Of a stretch of 64,000 bases of DNA, positions 51,428 through 63,439 are shown one piece after another. The notes under the pieces were generated by a model. It ran no database searches. It had not been told where the DNA came from and worked only from the letters and a program-made list of their open reading frames with translations. Positions within the stretch are counted from its first letter, which is position 1. The number at the start of each line of letters is the position of its first letter. The stretch is from NCBI RefSeq assembly GCF_004010195.1, contig NC_057738.1, positions 31,130,793 to 31,194,792 on the forward strand, in the 5' to 3' direction. A program made the position numbers and the translations under genes. The DNA is from Chiloscyllium plagiosum (lineage: Eukaryota).

Positions 51428-53002
51428 CATACAATGCCTGATTCACAAACATTAAGGTTCAACCATTCTGACAACACTATTTTCCCCCCATTCCTCTGAA
51501 ACTGTTTTCAAAGTAGGTTAGTTAGTTGAGGTTTGACTGTAGTGTCTATAACAGGTTTACAGCACAGAAACGGACCGTTTCCTTCATATGCACCAACCAG
51601 ACATCCCCATGTGATCTAGTCCCATTTGCCACATTTGGCCCATATCCCTCCGAATAATTCCTATTCATTTACCCATCCAGATGCCTTTCAAATGTTATAA
51701 TTGTACCAGACTCCACCACTTCCTCTGGCAGCTCATTCCACACACACACTACTCTCTGCTTTAATTAGAGTTTTATGACTAGGATGTAAACAATTTTCAA
51801 CAAAGTTAATTGACACCATTTTGGGGAAAGATTGCAGGAATTTTATATAGGAGAAAGTGAGGACTGCAAATGCTGGAGCTCAGAGTCGAGAGAGTGGTGT
51901 TGGAAAAGCACAACAGGTCAGGCAGCATCGGAGGAGCAGGAGAATCGATGTTTTGGACATAAGCCCTTCAACAGGGATCAAATATTCCAAATGTCTCACA
52001 ACCACACACAAAAAGTGGTTTTGTGGGCGATCATTAAGAACACAAGCCGTTATACCCTTGTATAACAGACTACTGCAAATAAAACAACTTTCCTTATACA
52101 AAGCACAATTATGGGAGAGGAAGTTAATTCTGGTCTTGCAGAGTAATAAATGTAACAAGGGACACTCTCAATTAAAACTGAATCCAACTGGAAATAAACG
52201 AAGGTTACCATTCCAGAACAAGGCAGGTTGACTGATTAAGGTTGAGGGATACCGCTTACTAAATAGAAATATGAGCATTTCTAAAGGTTTCCATGAGAAA
52301 TGTTCAGGAATGGCTTTTCAGATCAAATCAACAGGTGGTACAGGCGTTAGATAATTCCAGAGAATTAGTAAGGAGCACTTAAATTATTCCTTGCTAATCC
52401 CGACTCATTGAGTCGGCACTGAAACATTCAGAAATTTAGGAAAGATGAATCACTCAGCCAGTAATCTTTGGGGTGTGGTTATGTTGCTTTAAGAGCATGG
52501 GAGACCGAGCAGTTATGATGGTCAGATTACCGAACCAGTCATTGCACAGGCCTGGTCTCACTATCCAGAGAAACCCCAGCGCATGGAACATTTCAACTCC
52601 GGGATTTAGGATCGAGCTGTGAAATACGGGAGAATAATTTAAGCCACATCCAGTTGTGTAGGGATAACGGGGCCACAACAAAAACAAAAAGGGGGAAGAG
52701 GGAATAATCGGGAAAGAGCGTTAGCTTGTTTCTGCATTCTCCCCTCCTGGCGAGGGAGACAGCGAACAAGGACCGGCCTTTGCAATGGGCGAACGCTATC
52801 CCTCCCAGTCGCACTGTCGAAGTGCAGAAGGTATTCCTGTCTGAAGCAGAGCAGGGGGAGGAGTAGCAGACCCACCCGAGTAGCGGCTGAGCCAGGGAGA
52901 GGCGCAGTGCTCGGGTTCACTCAGCGCTGTTATTGCACTCTGACAGATGACCACAGTAACACAGCAACAGTACAGGTACCAGCTGATAGGAGGCATACTC
53001 AC

Positions 53003-53095
53003 TGCGGTGTGACTGGCAGCACAAGGAACACTCAAGCATAATATCAGCACCGCTATGGTTCCTCCTATTTTATTGAGTCCAATGAGCTGACAAGG
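53003..53095 (-). promoter_or_regulatory. Candidate non-coding first exon and promoter of the SERPINB6-like gene
   Basis: Donor GCA|GTGAGT at 53003/53002; TATA-like AATAAAA at ~53067-53073; CCAAT at ~53079; lies in a CpG-enriched non-repeat stretch (~52550-53240). Confidence 0.45.
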
Positions 53096-53355
53096 CTGGT
53101 CCCCAGAGAGCCCAGACACATGACAGTGGGAGGGATAGGAGGGCTGGCCTTTACGCTGTTTCCTTTTTGATCCTGTTCCGCTCAACCCGGGATCTCAGCG
53201 CAAAAACAGCGCAACTCAGCGCGGTCTGGCAGCGTCAGTGGCTGAGACAGCAGAGTTTAACATTTCAAGTGTTGGGATTCTTCACCAGCTTCCTGTTCCT
53301 ACTCAGAAACAAAACCAAACATTTCGAGTTTGATTAAAAACCATATAAAAGTGTA

Positions 53356-53391
53356 GTTCTGAGGAAGGGTCGCTGGAGCCGAAATGTTAAC
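53356..53391 (+). ncRNA. Minimal hammerhead motif (fourth family)
   Basis: GTT-CTGAGGA-agggtcgctggagcc-GAAA-tGTT-AAC. Confidence 0.55.
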
Positions 53392-53479
53392 TCTGGTTTC
53401 TCTCCACACATGCTGCCAGACCTGCTGAGTTTTTCCAGCAATTTCTGTTTTTGATTTCCAGTATTCATGGCACTGTACC

Positions 53480-53765
53480 ATAGAATCCCTATGTGGAAAC
53501 AGGCCCTTCAGCCCAACAAGTCAGCGCTGACCCTCTGAAGAGTAACCCATCCAGACCCATTCCCCTAACCTACACATCCCTGAACATTATGGGCAATTTG
53601 GCATGGCCAACCCACCCTAACCAGCACATCTTTGGATTGTGGGAGGAAACCCACACTGACACTGGAAGAACGTGCAAATTGCCACAAAGATAATTGCCCA
53701 AGTCGAACCAGATCCCTGGTGCTGTGAGGCAGCAGTGCTAACCACTGAGCCACCGTGCCACCCAT
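53480..53765 (-). mobile_element. HE1/V-SINE-type SINE
   Basis: Head ggtggcacggtggctcagtggttagcactgctgcc on the minus strand. Confidence 0.75.
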
Positions 53766-53930
53766 AATTCAGCCTGTTCTTATTCCCTGCCTTAACTAGA
53801 GCCCATTGAGATCCCAGCAACCAGCATTTTTATAAAAACCAAAGGAACTGTGGTTCCTGTAGATCAGAAACAAAAACAAATTGCTGGAAAAACTCAGCAA
53901 GTCTGGCAGCATCTGTGGAGAGAAAGTAGA

Positions 53931-53966
53931 GTTAACGTTTCGGGTCCAGTGACTCTTCCTCAGAAC
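53931..53966 (-). ncRNA. Minimal hammerhead motif (fourth family), core intact
   Basis: Reverse complement GTT-CTGAGGA-aGaGTC-actg-GACcC-GAAAC-GTT-AAC. Confidence 0.7.
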
Positions 53967-54049
53967 TGCACTTTGATATTGTTTTTATTAAACCTGTTCA
54001 GTTTACTGATGGTAGTTTAATAGAGTTTTTAAAAAAGTACCCAGGGTGA

Positions 54050-55215
54050 TTCCTCACATACAGGATTTATACATAAAGCTGGCAAGGGCACTGCTCTTCA
54101 TGGAGCTGTGAACCATGCGTACTTGCAATTGAGGTTAGGTGAGCATTCCTAGAGGTATGCTACAAATCTGTGAAATTCCCCGCTCAGTGGAGCAGTTGAG
54201 GCTACCTCATTGAGTCTTTTAAAGGCAAAGATAGATTTTTTGAACATTTAAGGAATTAATGGTTACAGTAAGAGGGCGGGTAAGTGGAGCTGAGTCCATG
54301 AAAAGATCAGCCATTGAATGGGAGAGTAGGCTCGAAGGGCCAAATGGCTTACTCTTGCTCCTAGTTCTTATCTTCCTCTGTTAATACACATAGAGGTTTG
54401 TGCCAATATATAAGACTGCCATTTGGGATATCATCAGCCTGTGCAATTTTTCAGCAGATTATGGAGAACATTTTACAAGGTCTCCTCCAGGTTGCCATTT
54501 ATCTAGATGATGTACTAATAACAGGGAACAATAAGGAGCACTTGGAGAACTTAGTCACAGTCCTTGGACCTTTCTTCCCGGTGGCCATACCCCTTAGAAA
54601 GGAAAAGTGTGCGTTCCAGGCACCCCTAAATGACCTACAGAGTCAATAAGACCAGGTTACACCCATTAGAAGATAAAGTGAGGGTGATCAAAGCTGCCCC
54701 AGCTCCCACATCTGTACTGGAGCTTAAGTCTTTCCTTGGGCTGGTGAACTATTATGGAGAGTTCATACATAGCTTGGCCTCTATCCTGGTACCTTTGCAC
54801 CAACTCTTAAAGTGTCAGTCTTGGGAATGGTCAGATAGCCAAGCCATAGCTTCCAGGCAAGTGAAGAAACAGTTATCATCCTCTGAGATGTTGACACATG
54901 ATGGTCCCAAGCAAGATCTGATAATGACATATGCTGCCTCCATGTACTGCATTGTGATGGTATTAGCTCATAGGTGGCTTAATGGAGAGGAAAGCCTAAT
55001 ATCATTTCATCCCGGACACAGGCTAATGCAAAGCATAAATACGCCCAGATGGAGAAAAAAAGGTTTGGCAATCGTTTGGAATCCAGAAATTCCACCAATA
55101 TGTTAATAGATGTAAATTTGTAATAACAACAAATCACAAATTCCTGCTAGGTCTAGTTAAAGAGGACAAAGCAGTGCTGCCCATAGATTCAGACCAATTT
55201 AGCAGTGTGTTCTAA
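54050..55215 (+). mobile_element. Gypsy/Ty3 pol fragment (RT/RNase H) interrupted by a CR1 3' end (~54165-54375)
   Basis: HAYLQL, RLPFGISSACAIFQ, YLDDVLITG, LKSFLGLVNYY motifs. Confidence 0.88.
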
Positions 55216-55239
55216 TACTGGACCATCACTATCCTGGTA

Positions 55240-55708
55240 GGAGAAAGTGAGGACTGCAGATGCTNNNNNNNNNNNNNNNNNNNNNNNNNNNNNNNNNNNN
55301 NNNNNNNNNNNNNNNNNNNNNNNNNNNNNNNNNNNNNNNNNNNNNNNNNNNNNNNNNNNNNNNNNNNNNNNNNNNNNNNNNNNNNNNNNNNNNNNNNNNN
55401 NNNNNNNNNNNNNNNNNNNNNNNNNNNNNNNNNNNNNNNNNNNNNNNNNNNNNNNNNNNNNNNNNNNNNNNNNNNNNNNNNNNNNNTGAGCCACGGGGTG
55501 GTTGGGTTGGTTGGTCCAGGTGTCCTAGAGGTGTTCTCTGAAACGTTCCGCAAGTAGGCGGCCTGTCTCCCCAATATAGAGGAGGCCACATCAGGTGCAG
55601 CGGATGCAGTAAATAATGTGTGTGGAGGTGCAGGTGAATTTGTGACGGATATGGAAGGATCCCTTGGGGCCTTGGAGGAAAGTAAGAGGGGAGGTGTGGG
55701 CGCAAGTT
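55240..55708 (-). mobile_element. Penelope-like 3' fragment spanning an assembly gap
   Basis: GIY-YIG remnant (YIGETGRLLAERFREHL frame); 15-bp TSD atcactatcctggta (55225-55239, 55709-55723). Confidence 0.82.
55265..55486. other. Assembly gap (222 N)
   Basis: Run of N. Confidence 1.
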
Positions 55709-56200
55709 ATCACTATCCTGGTACCAAATAAAATTCATGCAGTGTGCCCCAATGACTATCGCCCAGTGGCTCTGACTTCCATGATTATGAAGTGCTTTGA
55801 GAGGTTAGTCGTGACTCGTATCAACTCTACTCTCCCAGTTTGCCATGATCTCTTGCAATTCGTCTACCATCACAGTAGGTCCATGGTAGACACTATCTTC
55901 CTGGCCCTACACTCATCCCTGCAATACCTGGAGAACAAGAATACCTACATCATGCTCCTACTCATTGAAGGTGGGGCTGTAGTCAACGCTATTATTCCAA
56001 AAATACTAAATCTCCAAACTCCGAGACCTAGGTCTCTGCTCTACCCTCTGCAAATGGATCCTCGAATTCCTGACCCACAGACCGCAATCAGTGAGAGTAG
56101 ACCATGGCACCTTCTCCACGACAGTCCTCAACACTGGTGCCCAGCAAGGCTGCATACACAGCCCCTTACTATACTCCTTGTACACTCATGACTGCATGGC
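55709..56200 (+). mobile_element. Rex1/Babar-type LINE RT fragment
   Basis: NDYRPVALTSMIMKCFERLV motif. Confidence 0.8.
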
Positions 56201-58587
56201 CACGTGCTAACAACAAGCTCCATCCAGGTAACAGCAAAGGGACAGTGGCCCCATGTTCCCCTCAATTTAACATTTCCCCTGGATTTCAGAGATTTAGAGT
56301 GGAGAGCAATAAAAACAAGGAAACAGAGCAGTATTTATACTTCCTTGCCAGCATCACCCAGAAATAAAATAATTAAAAGCATCCAGGGCAGAGGGAGCAG
56401 AATCAGAACCAGAGTGTTGGAACGAACTGATGTGCTAAAGAAGAAAAGTGACAGAATAAATTGAGAAATCACCCACAATCTCAAACATTCATTCATTCCA
56501 CCACTGATGCTCAGTAGCAGCTGTGTGTTTCATCAACACAATAAACTGCAGCAATTCACCAAGGTCCCTTCAACAGCACCTTCCAAAACCCACAACCTCC
56601 AGCACTTAGAAGAATAAGGACAAGAGATACATAGGAATTCCACCACCTCCTAGTCACTCATCATCCCAATTAGGAATCATATTAATGATCCTATCCTAAC
56701 AGCACACTGGGTGTACCTATATCAAATGGATTGCAGCCATTCAAGAAGGCAGCTCAATTTCTCCAGGGCAACTGGGGATAGGGAATAAACACTGACCAAG
56801 CTAGTCATATATGATGAATAAGAGCAAAGGAAGAACACTTCTAAGATGAATTGTGGAGATGAGTTATGGGCTGCACACATGACTGGATACCAACTGGAAG
56901 CAAAGTCTAAAGGGATGAGATTACTGTTCAAAATATTTCCTCAATTTTTCCTAACATTGATTTGAGAATATTAATTATTTCAAAAATCTTCCTGTCCCTT
57001 CCAACAGGATGATTTGGTGTTGTGACAGATCTATAGTTCTTCCAGCATTTTGCCTCTTGAAGTTGTATTGTTTACAGAGATCCCTTTAAGATCAAGAACA
57101 TGAGCTTGTTTGGTGGAAATGTGGACCTGTTCAGAATGTTAGAGATAATGGCACTGACTTTTGGTAGACTATGTTGCAACTATGCCCTCTGGTGGAACAC
57201 AATTGCTTCATGCTATTATTAAACATCAGTATACAAATGTACATAAATAGACAGGCTCATCTTAATTACATTTCAGAAAACAATTTCTTTCTGTCTGTCA
57301 ACAGGAATGGTCTATCTATTCACACAAAGAGTCAACCTTTGTTGTCTTGATGCATTGCATTGCATTTTTAGCCTGCCTGGGACTGGAAACAGTGGTGGGC
57401 TGGTGTGGAATTTTGCATTGCCTGTTAGTTTCCCAGCTCCAACACATCAGCCATATTGGGGTGGTCTAGCTACAAAGCCATTATTTTGATTTAAATTGTA
57501 ACAGGTTGGAGGGAGGGCCTCTCCATACTGTAATGCCCTCTCCTCACTTACCTTCAGTCATACTCAATCACAAAATCAGAGAAGTCTTACAGCGCAGGAG
57601 GCCAGTCAGCCCATCATTCTGCACCAGCTTTTTAAATGAGCATCATTACCTAGTGTCGATCTCCTGCTTTCCCCCATACCCTTGCACATTATCTTTACCT
57701 AAATAATCATCCATTGCCCTCTTGAATGCCTCAATTAAACATGTCTCCAACACATTTCCAGGCAGTGCTTTCCATACTCTAACTACTTGCTAAGTGGAAA
57801 TTTCTTTTCCTCTCACATCATCCCAGCTTCTTTTGCACATCAACTGAAATGTAAGCCCTCTTGTTCTAGTTCCTTTTTCGAGCAGAAACGGTTTCTCTTT
57901 ATCAACTCAATCAAGCCAGCTCATGATTTTGAAAATCTCTATCAGATTTCCTCTACGCATTCTTCTATCTAATGAGAACTGTCTCAACTTCTTCAATCTA
58001 TCCTCATAACTGAATTTTCTCATATCTTTGACCATTCTAGTAAATTGCTTCTGCACTGGGATAGAAGGAACATTACCTGCTACTTAACCTCTGATGTGAC
58101 TGACCAACTGTTGTTTCTCTTCCCATTTAATCACAGAGGATTGTGATATTAGTTTCAGCTTCAAGCTCTGAATGAGTGGTTAATTGTTCCTCTCGCGCTT
58201 ATCGGGCATTGCTTTGCAAACAAGACATGAAAGATTCGAACTGAAGTCAGATAATAATAAAGGAACATGTTTGCAAAACTTAAATCCAACTAAAAATTGA
58301 TTTTCGTCTGGACTCCTGGAAGCCTCCACTGCCCATACATGACTGCTTTAGCTTTTTTTGAAAAACTGTTATATCTGAATCTCTTGCTCAGTCGCTCATT
58401 TTCAGCAATGTTTGTATTAATTATAGAACACTAAATCAAATAGATTTAAAAAATGAATTATGAACCAAAAAACCCCAAACTTAGTAAAATCTAATGAACC
58501 TTTGGTAAAGTTAAAAATAGCTTTAGACACCAGACATCAACATCTGAAACAAAAATGAATGTCCCAAATGGTTTAGACACATAGTTA

Positions 58588-58905
58588 GGGGGCAAGGTGA
58601 CTCAGTGGTTAGTGCTGCTGCCTCAGAACGCCAGGGACCAAGGTTTGATTTCGGCTTTGGGCGACTGTCTGTGTGGAGTTTGCATATTCTCCCCGTGTCT
58701 GTGTGGGTTTCCTCCCATGTTCCAAAGTTGTGCAGGTTAGGGTGGATTGGTCATGCTAAATTGCCCGTAGTGTTCAGGGATGTGTAGGTTAGGTGCATTA
58801 GTCAGGGGTAAATGTGGAGTAATAATGGATTTGGGTGGGATACTCTTCAGGGAGTCGGTGTGGACTTGTTGGGCTGAAGGGCCTGTTTCCACATTGTACA
58901 GATTC
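58588..58905 (+). mobile_element. HE1/V-SINE-type SINE
   Basis: Head, central domain and 3' ttgttgggctgaagggcctgtttcc. Confidence 0.78.
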
Positions 58906-59721
58906 TTTGATTCTCTATAATCTTGTTTCCTTATTTGTCCTTTGCTTCTTTGATCTTCAATGTCTCAGAATGAAAGTTTTGATATTCAGTGGCCTTGTGT
59001 TTCAGGGTTTTGTCAATCTCCCCAGATCAGGTGAATGTGAAATGACTGGTTTGCCCCTGTGTTGCTACATCAACAGGAAACAGCAGGGACAGCACCTCAC
59101 CTATAGCCAGGATCCTCCACTGAACTCTGAAATGTTAACACTCCTGATCATAAGCAAGCCTCAATATTTACTGCATTAGAATCTGTCACTGGTGATTTTC
59201 CCTTTAACTGAAAAAATCCTTTTGATAGCAAATGGGAAATGACTAGACCTGCCCATGTAGGAAAGGGAAGAATGAAAACATTGCCATCAATCCTCATCAT
59301 AAGCCCCATTCCCTAGCCCTATCCCTCTCCCTGGGGTGAATTAGATCCGTTTGTAACCTTTAATGCTATTCCAGGGTCTTTTTGGGACTGAGCAGGCAAT
59401 TCTCGACTTGCAGGTCTTTGGCCACATGGGGACCATGTTATTCAATTAGGCAGTGGTATTTGCTTCTCTACCATTACTCTAGTCAAAGTAAAGTTCATGG
59501 GACTTGAAGCATGAGGCAACTTGATGGACTAGTACTCACCATTCTGAACAATTGGTACCAAGCTCTTCTGATGTATTAGAACCAATTCCACTGTGCTTTA
59601 AGAATTTCAGAGTGCCTTTGAAGTGTTTTCTTTGTCCTCACTTAGAACATTGGTCATTTGATGGTTTGAGGTTCTTGAATGCAGGACTGATGAGAACTGA
59701 GGGTAGCTTGCAAATCTGATG

Positions 59722-59880
59722 CAGGATGGGCAGAGACACTACAATCATCTGCAAACTGTGTAGAATAGAATATCTTTTATTGTCACTTGTACTCCAGTAC
59801 AGAAATACAAGTGACAATAAAGGATATTCTATTCTATTCTATACAGTTTGTAGATGATTGCAGTGTCTCAGCCCATCCTG
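59722..59880. repeat. Long inverted repeat (~70-bp arms, 14-nt loop)
   Basis: 59722-59791 pairs with 59806-59880 with about 5 mismatches and one 5-nt indel. Confidence 0.92.
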
Positions 59881-60219
59881 AAAAGTTTTTTTCAATGGCT
59901 GCCTTTAATAGTGTCATCTTAGGTACAAGTACCTTGGTACAAATCTTGGATATAAAAGAGAATTAAAAGGAAAAATAGTAGCATTACTTACGTGTGTAAA
60001 AATAAGTTAGAGATAAGGTATTTGTAACAGAGGTAAATGGAATTACAATACAGTCTGGTAAAGAATTCCAAATAGCAGCGGCTCAGCATGTGGTCAGGCA
60101 CAACAGCATTATGTCTATGATAGTTGAGTTTTGACACAGAAATTATAGAGGTTAAAAAGTTTTCCATCTCAACAGTATTTAATACTGATACCAGATTACA
60201 CCTGATCTTTGGGACAAGG

Positions 60220-60515
60220 ACACAGTGGCTCAGTGGTTAGCACTGCTGCCTCACAGCACCAGGGACCTGGATTCGATCCCATGCCTGTGTGGGTTTCCTC
60301 CAGGTGCTCCGGTTTCTTCCCACAATCCAAAAGATGTGCAGGTTAGGTGAATTGGCCATGCTAAATTGCTTATAGTATTCAGGGATGTGTAGGTTAGATG
60401 CATTAGTCAGGGGTAAATGGAGGGTAGTGGAATGGGTCTGGGTTGATTACTCTTCGGCTCAACAAGTCCACACCACACCCCAAAGGGCCTGTTTCCACAC
60501 TGCAGGTATTCTATG
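60220..60515 (+). mobile_element. HE1/V-SINE-type SINE
   Basis: Head and tail match the other copies; short internal inversion near 60460-60480. Confidence 0.75.
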
Positions 60516-61409
60516 ATTTGACAAGGTGAGTAGCCACTGTTAGTTAGATAGTAGATAGTACATGGGCTATCAAGCAGTCTTGTCTAACCCCAGTTTGAAT
60601 TTTGAAGGTATCTATTTCATACTTCCCTGGTCATTTACCATCGTATCATTATAAAGCAGGTTCAGGATTGTGATGATGTTTCTCGGACATCCAAATGTTT
60701 GGAGCAGAGCCATATAATTTTTTCAGTGAAAGCTTTGGATCAGGTTGATAAATGAAGAATATCAACTCTAACATAAAAACAGATCACTTCCCTTCTGTAG
60801 CATTGTCCATCATTGCCACTGCTTGAGCTCATCTACTACTGAATTGCTCTCCCACGTCTTGTACCTTGAGATTTAATTATTGCAGTGTCCCCTGACCAGC
60901 CTCCCATTTTCCACACTCCATAAATGTGAACTCATCCAAATAAATAAAAAAAACCTATTTCACAACCATGTCTCCTTTACCTGGACACACACAACTGTGG
61001 ATGCTGGAAATCTGAAATAAAGAGAAAACAGAAATCACTGGAGTAACTCTGCAGGTCTGGCAAGTGTCCAGCCAACTGAGCTAACTGACCACCAAAGTGA
61101 CAGATTGGGGCTCACCCATCATCGTAGCAGAAACCAGTGTAAAATCCAGCAGGATGTTTGAGTGAGTAAGCATTTTCTACAGCATAAATGCCAATGAAAT
61201 AATGGAGTGAGACCCCCCTGGAGAGCAATGATTCCAAAATGGAGTTCATAGCAGTTTCTGAATGATTATATTTTTCACCCAGACAGCAGTGGGGATCTGG
61301 ATGCATTGCCTGGGAGGGTAGATGAGGCAGTAATCTCACAATTTGTAAAAAGTACTTGGATGACATATAATATTCAAGGCAATATGCCAAAAGTGCAAGT
61401 GTATAGAAT

Positions 61410-62100
61410 TAGAGTCATAGAGTTAAACAACGTGGAAACTAATACTTCGGTCCAAACAGTCAATGCTGACCACATTCCCAAACTAAATTTGTCCCACTTT
61501 GCTGCACTTGGCCCATATCCCTCCAAACCTTTCCTATTCATGACCTCATTCAAATGTCTTTTAAATGTTGTAACTGTATCCGCACCCACCACTTTCTCTG
61601 GAAGTTCATCACACATGAATCATTCATTCTCTGTGTAAAAAAGTGGCCCCTCATGTCCTTTTTAAATCTTTCTCCTCTCACCTTAAAAATGTGCCCCCGA
61701 GTTTTGAACTCCCCCACCCTAGGGAAATGACCCTTGCCATTCACCTGATCTATGCCACTTATGATTTTATAAACCTCAATAAAGTCACCTCAACCTCCTG
61801 AGCTCCAGTGAAAAAATGTCTTAGTCTTTCCAGTCCATTTTTTGTATCTGAAAACCTCTATTCCCAGCAACATCCTGGTAAATCTTTTCTGAACCCCCTC
61901 CAGTTTAATTGTATCCTTCCTGTAGCAGGGCGACCAGTACTGCACACAGTACTCCAAAAGTGGCCTCACCAACATGCTGTACAACTCAACATGACGTCCC
62001 AACTCCTACACTCAAAGGTCTGAGCAATGAAGGCAAGTGTGCTAAACACCTTCTTAAGCACACACCCCCTACCACTCATGAGGCAAATTTCAAAGAATTA
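61410..62100 (-). mobile_element. CR1-type LINE 3' part
   Basis: LVRPLLEYCVQYWSP, KTRGH..KVRGERF, ELPEKVV motifs. Confidence 0.88.
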
Positions 62101-63170
62101 TGTTGATGGGCCATAAGGCCTCTTCTGTACAGAGTGATTCAATGATTTTCTCTGGGGTCCACAAAATAAAGTGGAAATGTCTTTGGTCAACAATAAACGA
62201 ATGGGTGGGGACCAAGATATGTTGTGCTCCATCTCCCTCTCCCTCACCCCCTCTCTGCCTTCCAAGTCGCCTGGTTTCTTTGTTCTCCTGACTCCGCCTT
62301 CCTCTCTCTCCTGTTACTGTCCCCAATACCTGCTCTTTCCACGTTCCTAGTCTCCCTCTATCCTCCCTGCATTGTAGAGAGAATCACTGTTAACTGTGAG
62401 TGAATAGCAGTTTTTGAAAGTATTATTAAATAAGTTGACATGAAACACGATGAATATTGTAATTACAGCTGGAGGTTTGTGATTACTTACAGATTGGGAT
62501 GTAGGGTCCTTAGACTGAAAAACGTTTTGTGAACCCTTGTCCTGGAGTATTTGACCAAGTTGATTGGTATTGCACTGTACGCACTACTATTTCAAAAATG
62601 CAAAGTAATCCCACCTTTACAAATCTTACCTGGGTGCCCCAAAGCAGCTTTCAATTGTAATATAATCGCCGCCCCCTACAGGTTAGCTTCCAGAGTGAAA
62701 GGTTCAGGTGAGGGGGAGCAGGGACTGACAGAGATTGGATTCTCTCCTGCTCGGGGCACAATCAGTTTGCTGGTTTAATCGTTAACCCGAAAACTGAACC
62801 CTGTGGGCCGGTTACAGCGTTTTATGGAGTTGATATGAACTTTACAGGGGAGTCTTTTTTTCAACTTTTAAGCAGTTTCTTCCATCTTTGGTGAACTCGG
62901 CTCACCATTTGCTGTAGTTTGTGGAACCGGAATAACCAGTTTATTCCCTGCTTTTTTAACCGCCTGGTTTCAGTTTGCCAGCAAGACGCTGCTGATGAAA
63001 GGTGAGGACTTTATCTTGGTTTGAGCTGAGTTTGGATAAGCCTTTTTCCGCCTTATTTACACCTTATCTTTCCTTTCTTTTACACACACATGCATACATA
63101 CATATATCTAAACACCTGGGACTTCGATTGGGGCGAACGATTGGCCTAATTCTGGTCCTATTAGGGTGAT

Positions 63171-63290
63171 TTGGAGATGCCGGTGTTGGACTGAGGTGGA
63201 TAAAGTTAAAAATCACATGACACCAGGTTACAGTCCAACAGGTTCATTTGGAAGCTAGTTTTCGGAGCGTTGCTCCTTCATCAGGTGGTT
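63171..63290 (-). mobile_element. 120-bp hammerhead-bearing insert (same family as 8323-8495)
   Basis: 16-bp TSD gtcctattagggtgat (63155-63170, 63291-63306); reverse complement cac-CTGATGA-aGGAGC-aac-GCTCC-GAAA-acta. Confidence 0.8.
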
Positions 63291-63414
63291 GTCCTATTAG
63301 GGTGATCTGACTTAGAGAGTGTTGTCAATCTCCTCTAGCACACGTAGGTCGGGCCGAGTGGTCTTCACCAGTGGGAAGCACTATCCCCGCTTTAACTGTG
63401 AAGCCGCTGTTTGT

Positions 63415-63439
63415 AAGTATATTTCTGAAATAAAAAAAA
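63415..63439 (+). mobile_element. 25-nt poly(A)-tailed retroinsertion
   Basis: aagtatatttctgaaataaaaaaaa between perfect 17-bp direct repeats gtgaagccgctgtttgt (63398-63414, 63440-63456). Confidence 0.8.

Noticed and set aside
55189-55738. ORFs containing X runs
   Set aside because: Artefacts of the N gap.
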